NCBI GenBank assembly: GCA_028707125.1
Contig: JAQTUX010000001.1
Coordinates: 13,639 to 77,638, forward strand
Direction of reading: 5' to 3'
DNA from: Candidatus Omnitrophota bacterium
GTDB lineage: Bacteria; Omnitrophota; Gorgyraeia; Gygaellales; JAQTUX01
DNA length: 64,000 bases
Below the pieces are notes generated by a model. The model did no database searches, was not told the origin of the DNA, and saw only the letters and a list, made by a program, of their open reading frames with translations. Shown piece by piece: positions 35,017-42,965 of this stretch. Both the position numbers and the translations under genes were made by a program. Within the stretch, counting starts at the first letter, position 1; each line of letters starts with the position of its first letter.

Positions 35017-36453
35017 TTAAACGCTGAACCAATTTGCCACCAAAGGCCTGCCTGACAGATCCGTATTAATATGCTTCAGGTTCGTATATTCCAACAGCCC
35101 CTCCCTGCCCAGCTCTTTTCCGAAGCCGCTCTGCTTGAACCCGCCGTAAGGCGCCTGAGGATAAAACATGCCGTATGTATTAATCCAGACCGTGCCGGCG
35201 TTGATCTGACCGGCTAATCTTTGCGCCTTTGTTAAATCCCTGGCCCATATGCTGGCAGCCAAACCAAAAGCAGAGTTGTTAGCCAGGCCCGCTGCTTCAT
35301 CAAGAGAAGAAAACGTGGATACGCCTGTAACCGGGCCGAACACCTCTTCCTGGAATATGTCCATTTCCGGCCTGACATCGGCAAACACCGTCGGCTCAAA
35401 GAAAAATCCCTGTTTCAGATCCGCGGGTATCTTGCCTCCGCAAACAAGATGGGCTCCCTGTTTTTCAGCCCGCTCAACGAAGGACATAACTTTTTTTCTC
35501 TGTTCCTTGCTTATCAACGGCCCCATCTGGGTTTCAGGATCAAGGCCGTCGCCTAATTTTAACGCCTTTGCCTTGCTCACAAAGGCATCTAAGAATTTAT
35601 CCGCGATCTTCTTATCAATTAAAAGCCGCGACATTGCCGTGCACATCTGCCCCTGATTTAAAAATATACCGCAAAGCAGGCCGCTGGAAACGGTTTCTAT
35701 ATCACAATCATCCAATACCACTGCCGCTGACTTTCCCCCTAACTCCATAACCAGTTTCTTGGTATTGGCTGAAGCCAATTTCATTATTTCTTTGCCAACC
35801 TCATTGCTGCCGGTAAAAGAGATCATGTCCACAGCTTTATGCGCGGCCAATGCCGCGCCGACAGTGCTGCCCGCGCCGGTAACGATGTTAAAGACGCCTT
35901 TAGGCAGGCCTGCCGCCTCTATAATACGGCCGAGTTCCAGCGCGCTTAAAGGCGTTAAGCTCGCCGGCTTAAGCACTATAGTATTGCCCGCGGCAAGGGC
36001 GAAGGCCGTCTTCCAGCAGGCGATCAACAACGGATAATTCCAGGGGACGATCAAACCAACTACGCCTATTGGCTGGCGCGTAAGCGCGCTTCTTGCCTCT
36101 GCCGGCAGTTTTATTTCTTCATCCTTAAGCCATTCCTGTGATAAATTGGCAGCGTCCTCAAACACCTGCGCTGCCGACGGGATGTCCATAAAGGTGGTTT
36201 CCTTTATCGGCTTGCCGGTATTCAATGACTCAATCTCAATTAACTTGGAGGCATTTTCTCTTATGCCTTCCGCGATCTTGAAAAGACAGGCGGCGCGCTC
36301 CTTTGGAGACATCTTCGGCCAGGGCCCGTTATCAAAGGCATTTCTTGCCGATGAAACAGCCCGCTCCAGGTCATCGAGCGCGGCTTCCGGCACCTGCGCG
36401 ATCACTTTTTCGTTACAAGGATTAATTATTTCTCTTTTTTTATTAACGTTCAT
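35017..36453 (-). CDS. NAD(P)-dependent aldehyde dehydrogenase
   Basis: 478 aa with ELGGKSAAVV (catalytic Glu region), a catalytic Cys in GQMCTA and GxGxxG/FTGS motifs. Confidence 0.9.
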   Translation of the reverse strand: MNVNKKREIINPCNEKVIAQVPEAALDDLERAVSSARNAFDNGPWPKMSPKERAACLFKIAEGIRENASKLIEIESLNTGKPIKETTFMDIPSAAQVFEDAANLSQEWLKDEEIKLPAEARSALTRQPIGVVGLIVPWNYPLLIACWKTAFALAAGNTIVLKPASLTPLSALELGRIIEAAGLPKGVFNIVTGAGSTVGAALAAHKAVDMISFTGSNEVGKEIMKLASANTKKLVMELGGKSAAVVLDDCDIETVSSGLLCGIFLNQGQMCTAMSRLLIDKKIADKFLDAFVSKAKALKLGDGLDPETQMGPLISKEQRKKVMSFVERAEKQGAHLVCGGKIPADLKQGFFFEPTVFADVRPEMDIFQEEVFGPVTGVSTFSSLDEAAGLANNSAFGLAASIWARDLTKAQRLAGQINAGTVWINTYGMFYPQAPYGGFKQSGFGKELGREGLLEYTNLKHINTDLSGRPLVANWFSV

Positions 36454-36487
36454 TAGCGGTAATTAGCTTTTTACAAATTAGCGGCAA

Positions 36488-37483
36488 TTAGCGTATTTTC
36501 ACCTGCTTAAATAATTCAAACAGCCGGCCAAACGGCACATACCAGCGGGAAAGTTTACCTAATTCGCCTTTCAACTTCATTTTACCCTGCATAGTAGCCA
36601 CAAACGGCTCGATCTTACCTAAAAATACCGACTGCCAGACATCTGCCGGAGCCGATATGATAAAAGGCGCCTCATCATCAAATTCCAGCTTTGCTATCCT
36701 TCCCTTCTCAAAATTGAATTTATATGCCTTATTATGCCCGTCCATCTTGATCGCCAGTTTCAAGGTCAGGTCCAATTCCCCGCCTTTCTTCGCGATAAAC
36801 TCGTCCTTATTCACCAGGTCCACGATCGCCTGGATATGCTCCGGGGAAAACATCAAATACGACTTATCAGAAGCCAGGTTTTCTTTAAGCGCCTTATCCA
36901 GATCATCCAGTATATCCTTCTTAAACAGCCGCGCCACAGAAGCGGTCTTTACCGCCTCTTCCAATTCCTCAATAAGATACAACGCGTCTATGAATTTGTC
37001 CGCCATAGAGACCACGCCGTGATTCCTGATAAACGCTATATTGCTGTTTTTCAGGGCCTCGATCACCAGTTCCGGTTTTGTGATGGAAGGGGTATCCTGC
37101 GACACAGCGCTAATGTTGCCCAGATAGAGCCTGGTCTCAAAGGTCAGGGTCTTCAGTTCCGGATACACGGCAAAGTAGGCGTTGGCGAGCGGCGGATGGC
37201 AATGGATCACCGCTTTGCAGGGAAAATTCTTATAAATGGACTGGTGCAAAGGAAACTCCGAAGACAGGTTTTTTGCTTCTTGGGGCCTGCTCAAATCCAC
37301 TTTAATGATATCTTCGGCGGTTAAATTGCCCAGGCATGTTCCGCTGGCAGTGATAAGTATATTGTTATCGTCTATGCGGCAGCTCAAATTACCGCCGCGC
37401 GCGGCCACAAGGCGCAAAGCGGATAATTTCTTTCCGATATTGATCATCTCATCCCTTAAGGCCTTGTCTTTGCCGAATATCAT
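36488..37483 (-). CDS. Class II aldolase/adducin-family protein fused to C-terminal SCP2-like domain
   Basis: The N-terminal ~215 aa (LVAARGGNLSCRIDDNNILITASGT...HCHPPLA) is a FucA/MtnB-like class II aldolase. The C-terminal ~110 aa is an SCP2 sterol-carrier-like fold. Confidence 0.75.
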   Translation of the reverse strand: MIFGKDKALRDEMINIGKKLSALRLVAARGGNLSCRIDDNNILITASGTCLGNLTAEDIIKVDLSRPQEAKNLSSEFPLHQSIYKNFPCKAVIHCHPPLANAYFAVYPELKTLTFETRLYLGNISAVSQDTPSITKPELVIEALKNSNIAFIRNHGVVSMADKFIDALYLIEELEEAVKTASVARLFKKDILDDLDKALKENLASDKSYLMFSPEHIQAIVDLVNKDEFIAKKGGELDLTLKLAIKMDGHNKAYKFNFEKGRIAKLEFDDEAPFIISAPADVWQSVFLGKIEPFVATMQGKMKLKGELGKLSRWYVPFGRLFELFKQVKIR

Positions 37484-38421
37484 CTGCCGATCTCCAGAAT
37501 AAAATGTTTACTGATGAATTTATCGGGCGTAATATCAAACGCCGGATAATATCCTTTTACGCCGTAAGGGGCGAGCCGCAACCCCTTATATTCCAGCATC
37601 TCTTTTTCAGGGCGGACCTCTATTTTGATGTCCTTGCCTGTTTTCGCCTTTGAGGCAGGCGGGCATAAAACATAAAAAGGTATCTTAAAATGCCTTGCCA
37701 ATACCGCGATCTGATAAGTGCCGATCTTGTTGGCGACGTCGCCGTTTCGCGCCAGCTGGTCGCATCCCACAATAACCTTATTCACCTTTCCCTGGGATAT
37801 GACGCTGGCTGTCATATTATCGGTTATCAGGGTTACGGGAACCTTTGCGCGCTGTAATTCCCAGGCGGTAAGGCGGCTGCCCTGAAAATAGGGACGGGTC
37901 TCTGTGGCGTAAAACCCTATTTTCTTGCCCTGCTTCCGGCAGAACTGCGCGATAAGCGGCAGTTCACCGCTGACATTGCAATGGGTAAGTATGCTGTCGC
38001 CGTCTTTTAGATGATCAGCCACTTCCTCTGCCCGCTTAATCCGCTTATGCCTCAACATCTCTAAAAATCCATGGATCATCTTTTCTAAATCTTTTCCTTG
38101 CGCCTGCCAGCCAAGGACCATATCAGTAAGGAATTTGAACGGCAATGTAGGACGAGTGGCATTAAGCGTATCAGCTACCTTCTTGAGAACTTTGCCTGTA
38201 TTTTTACCGCCCCTGTTCTGCCTCAAAACCAGCAGAAAAGTATAGAAAACCAGGATCACCTGGCCAAAGGCGCGCGTCTTCATTGCCTTGATCGCCCTTG
38301 CCGCCTGCTGGTATGTCCTTACCTTTATATATGTGAGTTTCTGCGGCAGCGCTGTCTCATCAAGCACATAGATCGTGTCACCCTTCAATTCTATCGGCCA
38401 AAATAATGGTGAAAATGTCAT
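37480..38421 (-). CDS. mtnA: eIF-2B alpha/beta/delta-family isomerase (methylthioribose-1-phosphate isomerase MtnA / ribose-1,5-bisphosphate isomerase-like)
   Basis: 313 aa. IELKGDTIYVLDETALPQKLTYIKVRTYQ...VGCDQLARNGDVANKIGTYQIAVLARHFKIPFYV matches the MtnA/e2b2 family. It overlaps the aldolase gene by 4 nt. Confidence 0.8.
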   Translation of the reverse strand: MTFSPLFWPIELKGDTIYVLDETALPQKLTYIKVRTYQQAARAIKAMKTRAFGQVILVFYTFLLVLRQNRGGKNTGKVLKKVADTLNATRPTLPFKFLTDMVLGWQAQGKDLEKMIHGFLEMLRHKRIKRAEEVADHLKDGDSILTHCNVSGELPLIAQFCRKQGKKIGFYATETRPYFQGSRLTAWELQRAKVPVTLITDNMTASVISQGKVNKVIVGCDQLARNGDVANKIGTYQIAVLARHFKIPFYVLCPPASKAKTGKDIKIEVRPEKEMLEYKGLRLAPYGVKGYYPAFDITPDKFISKHFILEIGR

Positions 38422-38442
38422 AATTAACTCCGAAGCAGTTTA

Positions 38443-38796
38443 TTATTTATGATTATTCAGCGACTTCCTTACCTTTAATACCAGAGGCCTGACTTCGGGC
38501 AACTCCTGCTTTATTAAATTCCAGACTATCTCGAGATCAACACCAGAATATTCATGGATAAGCTTATCGCGCATGCCCGCCATTGCCTTCCATGGTACAC
38601 CGGGATGTTTCTCTTTTATGGCCGCCGGAATATTTTTTGCCGCCTCGCCCATCACCTCAACGCTTCTTAAAACTGCGTTTTGAGTTTTCTTGTCCTTTTT
38701 GAACTGCGCTAAACTCATCTCACCCACAAAATCATAAATCTCGCTTATGCAATCAACAATGTCCTGCACATAATCACGATAATCCCTTTTTACCAT
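38443..38796 (-). CDS. hepT: HepT-like (DUF86) RNase toxin of HepT/MntA toxin-antitoxin pair
   Basis: 117 aa with an Rx4HxY motif (RDKLIHEY). Confidence 0.8.
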   Translation of the reverse strand: MVKRDYRDYVQDIVDCISEIYDFVGEMSLAQFKKDKKTQNAVLRSVEVMGEAAKNIPAAIKEKHPGVPWKAMAGMRDKLIHEYSGVDLEIVWNLIKQELPEVRPLVLKVRKSLNNHK

Positions 38797-39089
38797 AGCG
38801 GCACCGCCTCTTTCAGTATGCTCCTGCCCATAATCGGCTTCAGGGCCTTTTTGGATACCAGATCAATCTTCCTGACCTTCAGTAAATGTCTTAAATATTC
38901 CTCTAATTCCATAAACGCCAGAAATCCCACGGGGCCGGAGAATTCAACCAGCATGTCCAGATCGCTGGTTTTCTTGTTTTCTCCTCTGACATATGAGCCG
39001 AAGACGGCCAATTCCTTTACTTTAAATTTGCTGTATAAAACCGGCTTGTGCTTGGAAATGACATCCCCTATTTTCTGCAATTTTGTCAC
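38790..39089 (-). CDS. mntA: MntA-like nucleotidyltransferase antitoxin
   Basis: 99 aa with the minimal nucleotidyltransferase motif GSYVRGENKKTSDLDMLVEF (GSx9-13DxD). It overlaps hepT by 7 nt. Confidence 0.8.
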   Translation of the reverse strand: MTKLQKIGDVISKHKPVLYSKFKVKELAVFGSYVRGENKKTSDLDMLVEFSGPVGFLAFMELEEYLRHLLKVRKIDLVSKKALKPIMGRSILKEAVPLW

Positions 39090-39105
39090 GCCAAACCACC
39101 TCCTT

Positions 39106-39200
39106 TATTAGTGAAAAATGCCCCCTCGCCCACAATACAACTACCCACTTTCCTCTTCAGCTCCGAAACAGTTTCTTGTTCCGCCAAACTTTGTGGCGGG
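39106..39200. repeat. Solo copy of IS200-end/REP-like repeat containing GAAACAGTTTC palindrome and CCGCCA-N7-TGGCGG hairpin
   Basis: 39130-39175 (CAATACAACTACCCACTTTCCTCTTCAGCTCCGAAACAGTTTCTTGTT) is ~80% identical to 54370-54410, immediately downstream of the IS200-like tnpA. Confidence 0.5.
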
Positions 39201-39238
39201 TCACCCGCTACGATACCCTCACCCCTTGCCCTAAATGT

Positions 39239-40093
39239 TTACTTTTCTATAGTAGGTTGCTTAGAGGAACGGGCACTATTTTCCACTCTCTTCTGATTCT
39301 GCGCATCAAAAGGAGTTATTACTCTAAGCACATCTTGACTCCTTATCTTGAATAATTGTTTGGTTTCCGAATCTAAAAATATGGTTCCCGTCTTTAATGT
39401 TTGAAATCCTTTAAGTTTATTCAGATATCCGAATGGGGTTTTCTTTTCATTCGCTAAATTCAGTGGTATTGCGGTCAATACTTCTGAATCTTGATCCTTC
39501 AAAATATCCTCCGAACACATTCCCATTAATACCCACAGATCAGCAACGCATATTGGGAATACAATAAGAAAGACAACTAATGGAATTGTAATTAGAGCAT
39601 AAAAACTTCTATTCTTAATGTATTTTAATATAGGAGATGATGGCAGATGCGCTAATGTCCATATTATATTGGTAAGAAAAATAAGGAAAACTAACACAAT
39701 GGTCCAAACACTTAATGAGTCGACAAAAATTCCAGACAAAAGACGAATTATTAACATTGCTAAAAATACAACAATTAATACGTTAACTACCTGAGCTAAT
39801 ATGGTAATTGTCAATTTTTTAAATAAAGAGTATATCATTTTATCTAGAAATCTGATGAATTCGTGTAGACAAATATTAAGATTTATTAATATAAAAAAGA
39901 GGAGGAAGCTAACTATGCCATAAAAAACATTCATGGACAAAATCGGTTCCTTAAAAACATAACCATGATAAATACCATTTAAAATTTTAAGGGAAGCTAG
40001 ATATCCCGCATAATAAAAATAAAAGACCAAACCAATAAATATCTGAACAAAATGCTTCATTAAAATTTGTTTCCAATATGCTTTATCAAACAT
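39239..40093 (-). CDS. Hypothetical polytopic membrane protein in an AT-rich segment
   Basis: The start was re-assigned to the ATG preceded by GGAGGA at 40093, because the longer ORF-track start overlaps the MITE-like element. The protein has multiple hydrophobic helices and an Ile/Leu/Phe-rich, low-GC composition. Confidence 0.45.
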   Translation of the reverse strand: MFDKAYWKQILMKHFVQIFIGLVFYFYYAGYLASLKILNGIYHGYVFKEPILSMNVFYGIVSFLLFFILINLNICLHEFIRFLDKMIYSLFKKLTITILAQVVNVLIVVFLAMLIIRLLSGIFVDSLSVWTIVLVFLIFLTNIIWTLAHLPSSPILKYIKNRSFYALITIPLVVFLIVFPICVADLWVLMGMCSEDILKDQDSEVLTAIPLNLANEKKTPFGYLNKLKGFQTLKTGTIFLDSETKQLFKIRSQDVLRVITPFDAQNQKRVENSARSSKQPTIEK

Positions 40094-40125
40094 AATTCCT
40101 CCAGAAAATGGAGTACACTCGTAAA

Positions 40126-40354
40126 TGAACCCGCTGGCTTTCGAGCGAATTTGAGGTTTTAGGCAAAGCAGCTCGAGCAGCGAGGGAACTTTGTGGCCTA
40201 TAAGGCCCAAAGTGCGAGGACTGTCTGAGCAGTATTTGCGTATAGCGCAAATACTGCGAGTTCCGCAAGCACCGAGCTGCGAGAGACCTTTGCCGGCCCT
40301 CTTTGAATGCCATTAGGGGCAAAACCGATATGAGCGAGGAAGCCAGCGGGTTCA
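40126..40354. mobile_element. MITE-like non-coding element with 16-bp perfect terminal inverted repeats (ATGAACCCGCTGGCTT) and internal hairpins
   Basis: The left end is ATGAACCCGCTGGCTTtcgagcg and the right end, reverse-complemented, is ATGAACCCGCTGGCTTcctcgct. The interior has perfect hairpins GCAGTATTTGCG-TATA-CGCAAATACTGC and GGCCTATAAGGCC, with no credible ORF. Confidence 0.45.
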
Positions 40355-40363
40355 TAGATTAGG

Positions 40364-41113
40364 CTATTTCCCCTCTAACTTCTTCACAGTTGCCAGGGCG
40401 ATCTCGATCAGCTTTGATTCTGCCATATAATAAAGCGGGTTCATAAAGCCCATTTCGCCGGTAATCACGTTGTCGCTGACCGATAAAATTGAGCCGGCCT
40501 TGATCTTATATGTCTGCGCAATCGTTAAAAGCGCGGATGAGACCATATCCACGGCAATCGCGCCCTGCTTTCTCTTTGCCTCAACGATCTCTCTGGTCTC
40601 CCGCAGGAGCGCGTCGGTTGTCCAGCAGGTGCCGCGATGGATATTGACACCCATGCCTTTGGCGACTTCGTATAAAGTATCAGCGATCTTCTTATCGGCA
40701 AGCGTCTCAAAACCCTCATCCACATAATACGGCGTCACCCCGTCCCCGCGCAGCACCTTATCCACCACGATCAAATCCCCTACTTTGATATTCTCGTCAA
40801 GCGCTCCGCAGGTGCCGATACGGATAATGTTCTGTATTTCGGCGTTGCACATTACCTCGGAGGTGATCGCCGTATCCGCTGAAAACCTTCCGCCGTTTAT
40901 GGCGCTCACCCTTATGCCGTCAATCGCGCCGGTATACATCGTATATTCCATAAAGGAAAAATTCCTTATCGGGCTTTCTAATTTCTTTATCAGGACCTCT
41001 AACCTGTCCCTGGGCCCGGGCACGATCGCGTATTTACCCACATCCTGCGGCCGTAACTGCACCATCTGCGTCAAATCCCTGCCCGTCAAATGAACCTCTT
41101 TTTGCATTTGCAT
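40364..41113 (-). CDS. PNP/UDP phosphorylase family 1 protein (purine/uridine or MTA phosphorylase-like)
   Basis: 249 aa. RIGTCGALDENIKVGDLIV and VDMVSSAL are consistent with DeoD/Udp/MtnP-type nucleoside phosphorylases. Confidence 0.75.
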   Translation of the reverse strand: MQMQKEVHLTGRDLTQMVQLRPQDVGKYAIVPGPRDRLEVLIKKLESPIRNFSFMEYTMYTGAIDGIRVSAINGGRFSADTAITSEVMCNAEIQNIIRIGTCGALDENIKVGDLIVVDKVLRGDGVTPYYVDEGFETLADKKIADTLYEVAKGMGVNIHRGTCWTTDALLRETREIVEAKRKQGAIAVDMVSSALLTIAQTYKIKAGSILSVSDNVITGEMGFMNPLYYMAESKLIEIALATVKKLEGK

Positions 41114-41123
41114 AATCGTCTCC

Positions 41124-42560
41124 TTATTTCCTCAATGCTTCCTTATCCACTTTGCCCGTTCTATTCTTAGGCAGCGAGTCCACGAAATTTATATGATGCG
41201 GGATCTTGAAGTGCGCCAGATGCTGGCGGGAGAACTGCCTGATATCCGCCTCTTTTAATTCCGCCCCGTCCTTTGCCACAATGAACGCCGCCACTGCCTC
41301 TCCCCTTAATTCATCGGCCACGCCTATCACAGCCGCCTCTTTAACCAGCGGATGCCGCATAAGCGCTGCTTCAACTTCAGGCGAATAAACGATCTCGCCG
41401 CTTACCTTGATCATCTCTTTCTTGCGGCCGATTATATAATATAGACCTTCCTCATCCTGCCTGACAATATCCCCGGTCTTAAACCATCCGTCTTCGCTAA
41501 GGACCTCGCGGGTCAGCTGCGGCTCTTTATAATATTCCTTCATCACCGCGTCGCCCCTGATCCAAAGCTCGCCATCCACGATCTTTGCCTCTATTTCAAA
41601 ATCTAATTTTCCTATACTGGATAATTTATTGATATCCTTGGGCGAATAGGCGTTAGGAGCGGCGGTCTCGGTCAGGCCCCAGCCGTTAAGCAGACAGGCG
41701 TTAGGGTATGCCTTGTGAAACCTGTTTAACAATTCCGGCGAGGAAGGCGCGCCGAAGACAACGGCATATTTCAAATGAGAAAAATCAAATTTATCGTATT
41801 CCTTTAACGATAAGATCGCCACATACATCGCCGGGACGATGCAAAAGATGGTTACTTTATGCTTTTCCGTATTCCTCAGGAACTCCAAAGGATGGAATCT
41901 TTCCATCAACACCAGGGTTGAGCCAAAATACAGCATAAACAGGGCGTAATCAAAGCCGCCAAGATGCGAGAACGGCACTCCGCCGCATAAATATATGTCA
42001 TCGCAAGAGGCGCCCAAAAAATGCTCTATTGTCTTTACCGGGCTGTCAAAATGCTTATGCGTCAAGACCACTCCCTTGGGATGGCCGGTTGAGCCGGAGG
42101 TATAAAAAATGGAAGAGATATCTTGTTCATTGATTTCTATATCTGGCCTCGCGGAACTTGCCCCTATGTTATCGTTAAGTATGACGACCTGTTTCAGGCG
42201 GAGGCAGCGGGTTTGGATGGATTGCGCGTCTATGTCTTTTTTGGGCTGGGCGATCAGGAGTTTCGCGTCGCTGTGATTGATGAAATTAACGATCTCTTCC
42301 TGCGTTAACATAAAATCCAGGGGCACGCACACCGCGCCTGCGCTGAATACGGCAAAATAACTGTAGATATACTGGGGGATATTGGGAAGGAACACGGCCA
42401 CCTTATCCCCTTTTTGAATGCCCTGCTCAATGAGGAAGTTGGCGAGCTTAAAGGAGTTATCGCGCAAGTCCTTGAAGCTGACAGAGCTGTCGCGGAAGAT
42501 AAGCGCCGGCTTATCAGGCCGCTCTTTTGCCTGCTTTTCCAGTAATACGGTAATATTCAT
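41124..42560 (-). CDS. AMP-dependent synthetase/ligase (acyl-CoA synthetase family)
   Basis: 478 aa with the AMP-binding motif YTSGSTGHPKGVVLTH, GWGLTE and the C-terminal K of the ANL superfamily. Confidence 0.85.
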   Translation of the reverse strand: MNITVLLEKQAKERPDKPALIFRDSSVSFKDLRDNSFKLANFLIEQGIQKGDKVAVFLPNIPQYIYSYFAVFSAGAVCVPLDFMLTQEEIVNFINHSDAKLLIAQPKKDIDAQSIQTRCLRLKQVVILNDNIGASSARPDIEINEQDISSIFYTSGSTGHPKGVVLTHKHFDSPVKTIEHFLGASCDDIYLCGGVPFSHLGGFDYALFMLYFGSTLVLMERFHPLEFLRNTEKHKVTIFCIVPAMYVAILSLKEYDKFDFSHLKYAVVFGAPSSPELLNRFHKAYPNACLLNGWGLTETAAPNAYSPKDINKLSSIGKLDFEIEAKIVDGELWIRGDAVMKEYYKEPQLTREVLSEDGWFKTGDIVRQDEEGLYYIIGRKKEMIKVSGEIVYSPEVEAALMRHPLVKEAAVIGVADELRGEAVAAFIVAKDGAELKEADIRQFSRQHLAHFKIPHHINFVDSLPKNRTGKVDKEALRK

Positions 42561-42668
42561 AATATAGTAAAATTTTACTAATTAAATTGTATTATATAAA
42601 ATATCCCCTGAATGTCAAGGTTTTTTTAGAGATAAAACTGATTGGCTTAATTGAAGATACGGCGTGAA

Positions 42669-42965
42669 TTAAGTGGCGTCTTCCAAAGGCAGGAGGAATG
42701 CCTTAACACCTTCGCGGCCCAACTCTTTACGCAGCTGCCTGATGCAGTCAAGTAGCTGTTTAGCCTGCTGATCTTCACAGGCGATATACAAAAGATCGTT
42801 CTTCCCCGGCCAGATATCAGTCCCAAAATGCGTGCCGGAACTGCTGCCGCTGCCAAAAACACCGGTTACTTTAGTATAATTCTTCAAGCCGCAGCCCTCC
42901 AAGGTTTCCATTACCTCGGCATCTATGGCTTCGTTGTAAATGACCATCACCATTTTCCGGCTCAC
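42669..42965 (-). CDS. PII-like (GlnB-superfamily, DUF3240-like) small protein associated with RND efflux operon
   Basis: 98 aa with a beta-alpha-beta pattern (MVMVIYNEAIDAEVMETLEGCGLKNYTKV). Its start overlaps the RND pump stop by 4 nt. Confidence 0.45.
   Translation of the reverse strand: MSRKMVMVIYNEAIDAEVMETLEGCGLKNYTKVTGVFGSGSSSGTHFGTDIWPGKNDLLYIACEDQQAKQLLDCIRQLRKELGREGVKAFLLPLEDAT

Noticed and set aside
36454-36487. Possible CRISPR-like repeats (TTAGCGGTAATTAGC x2)
   Set aside because: There are only two short 15-nt copies 10 nt apart and no cas genes. Treated as a candidate operator instead.
40086-40355. 89-aa minus-strand ORF covering the MITE-like element
   Set aside because: It is translated across palindromes and inverted repeats and is rich in Arg/Ser/Leu with no start context. 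The region is better explained as a non-coding inverted-repeat element.
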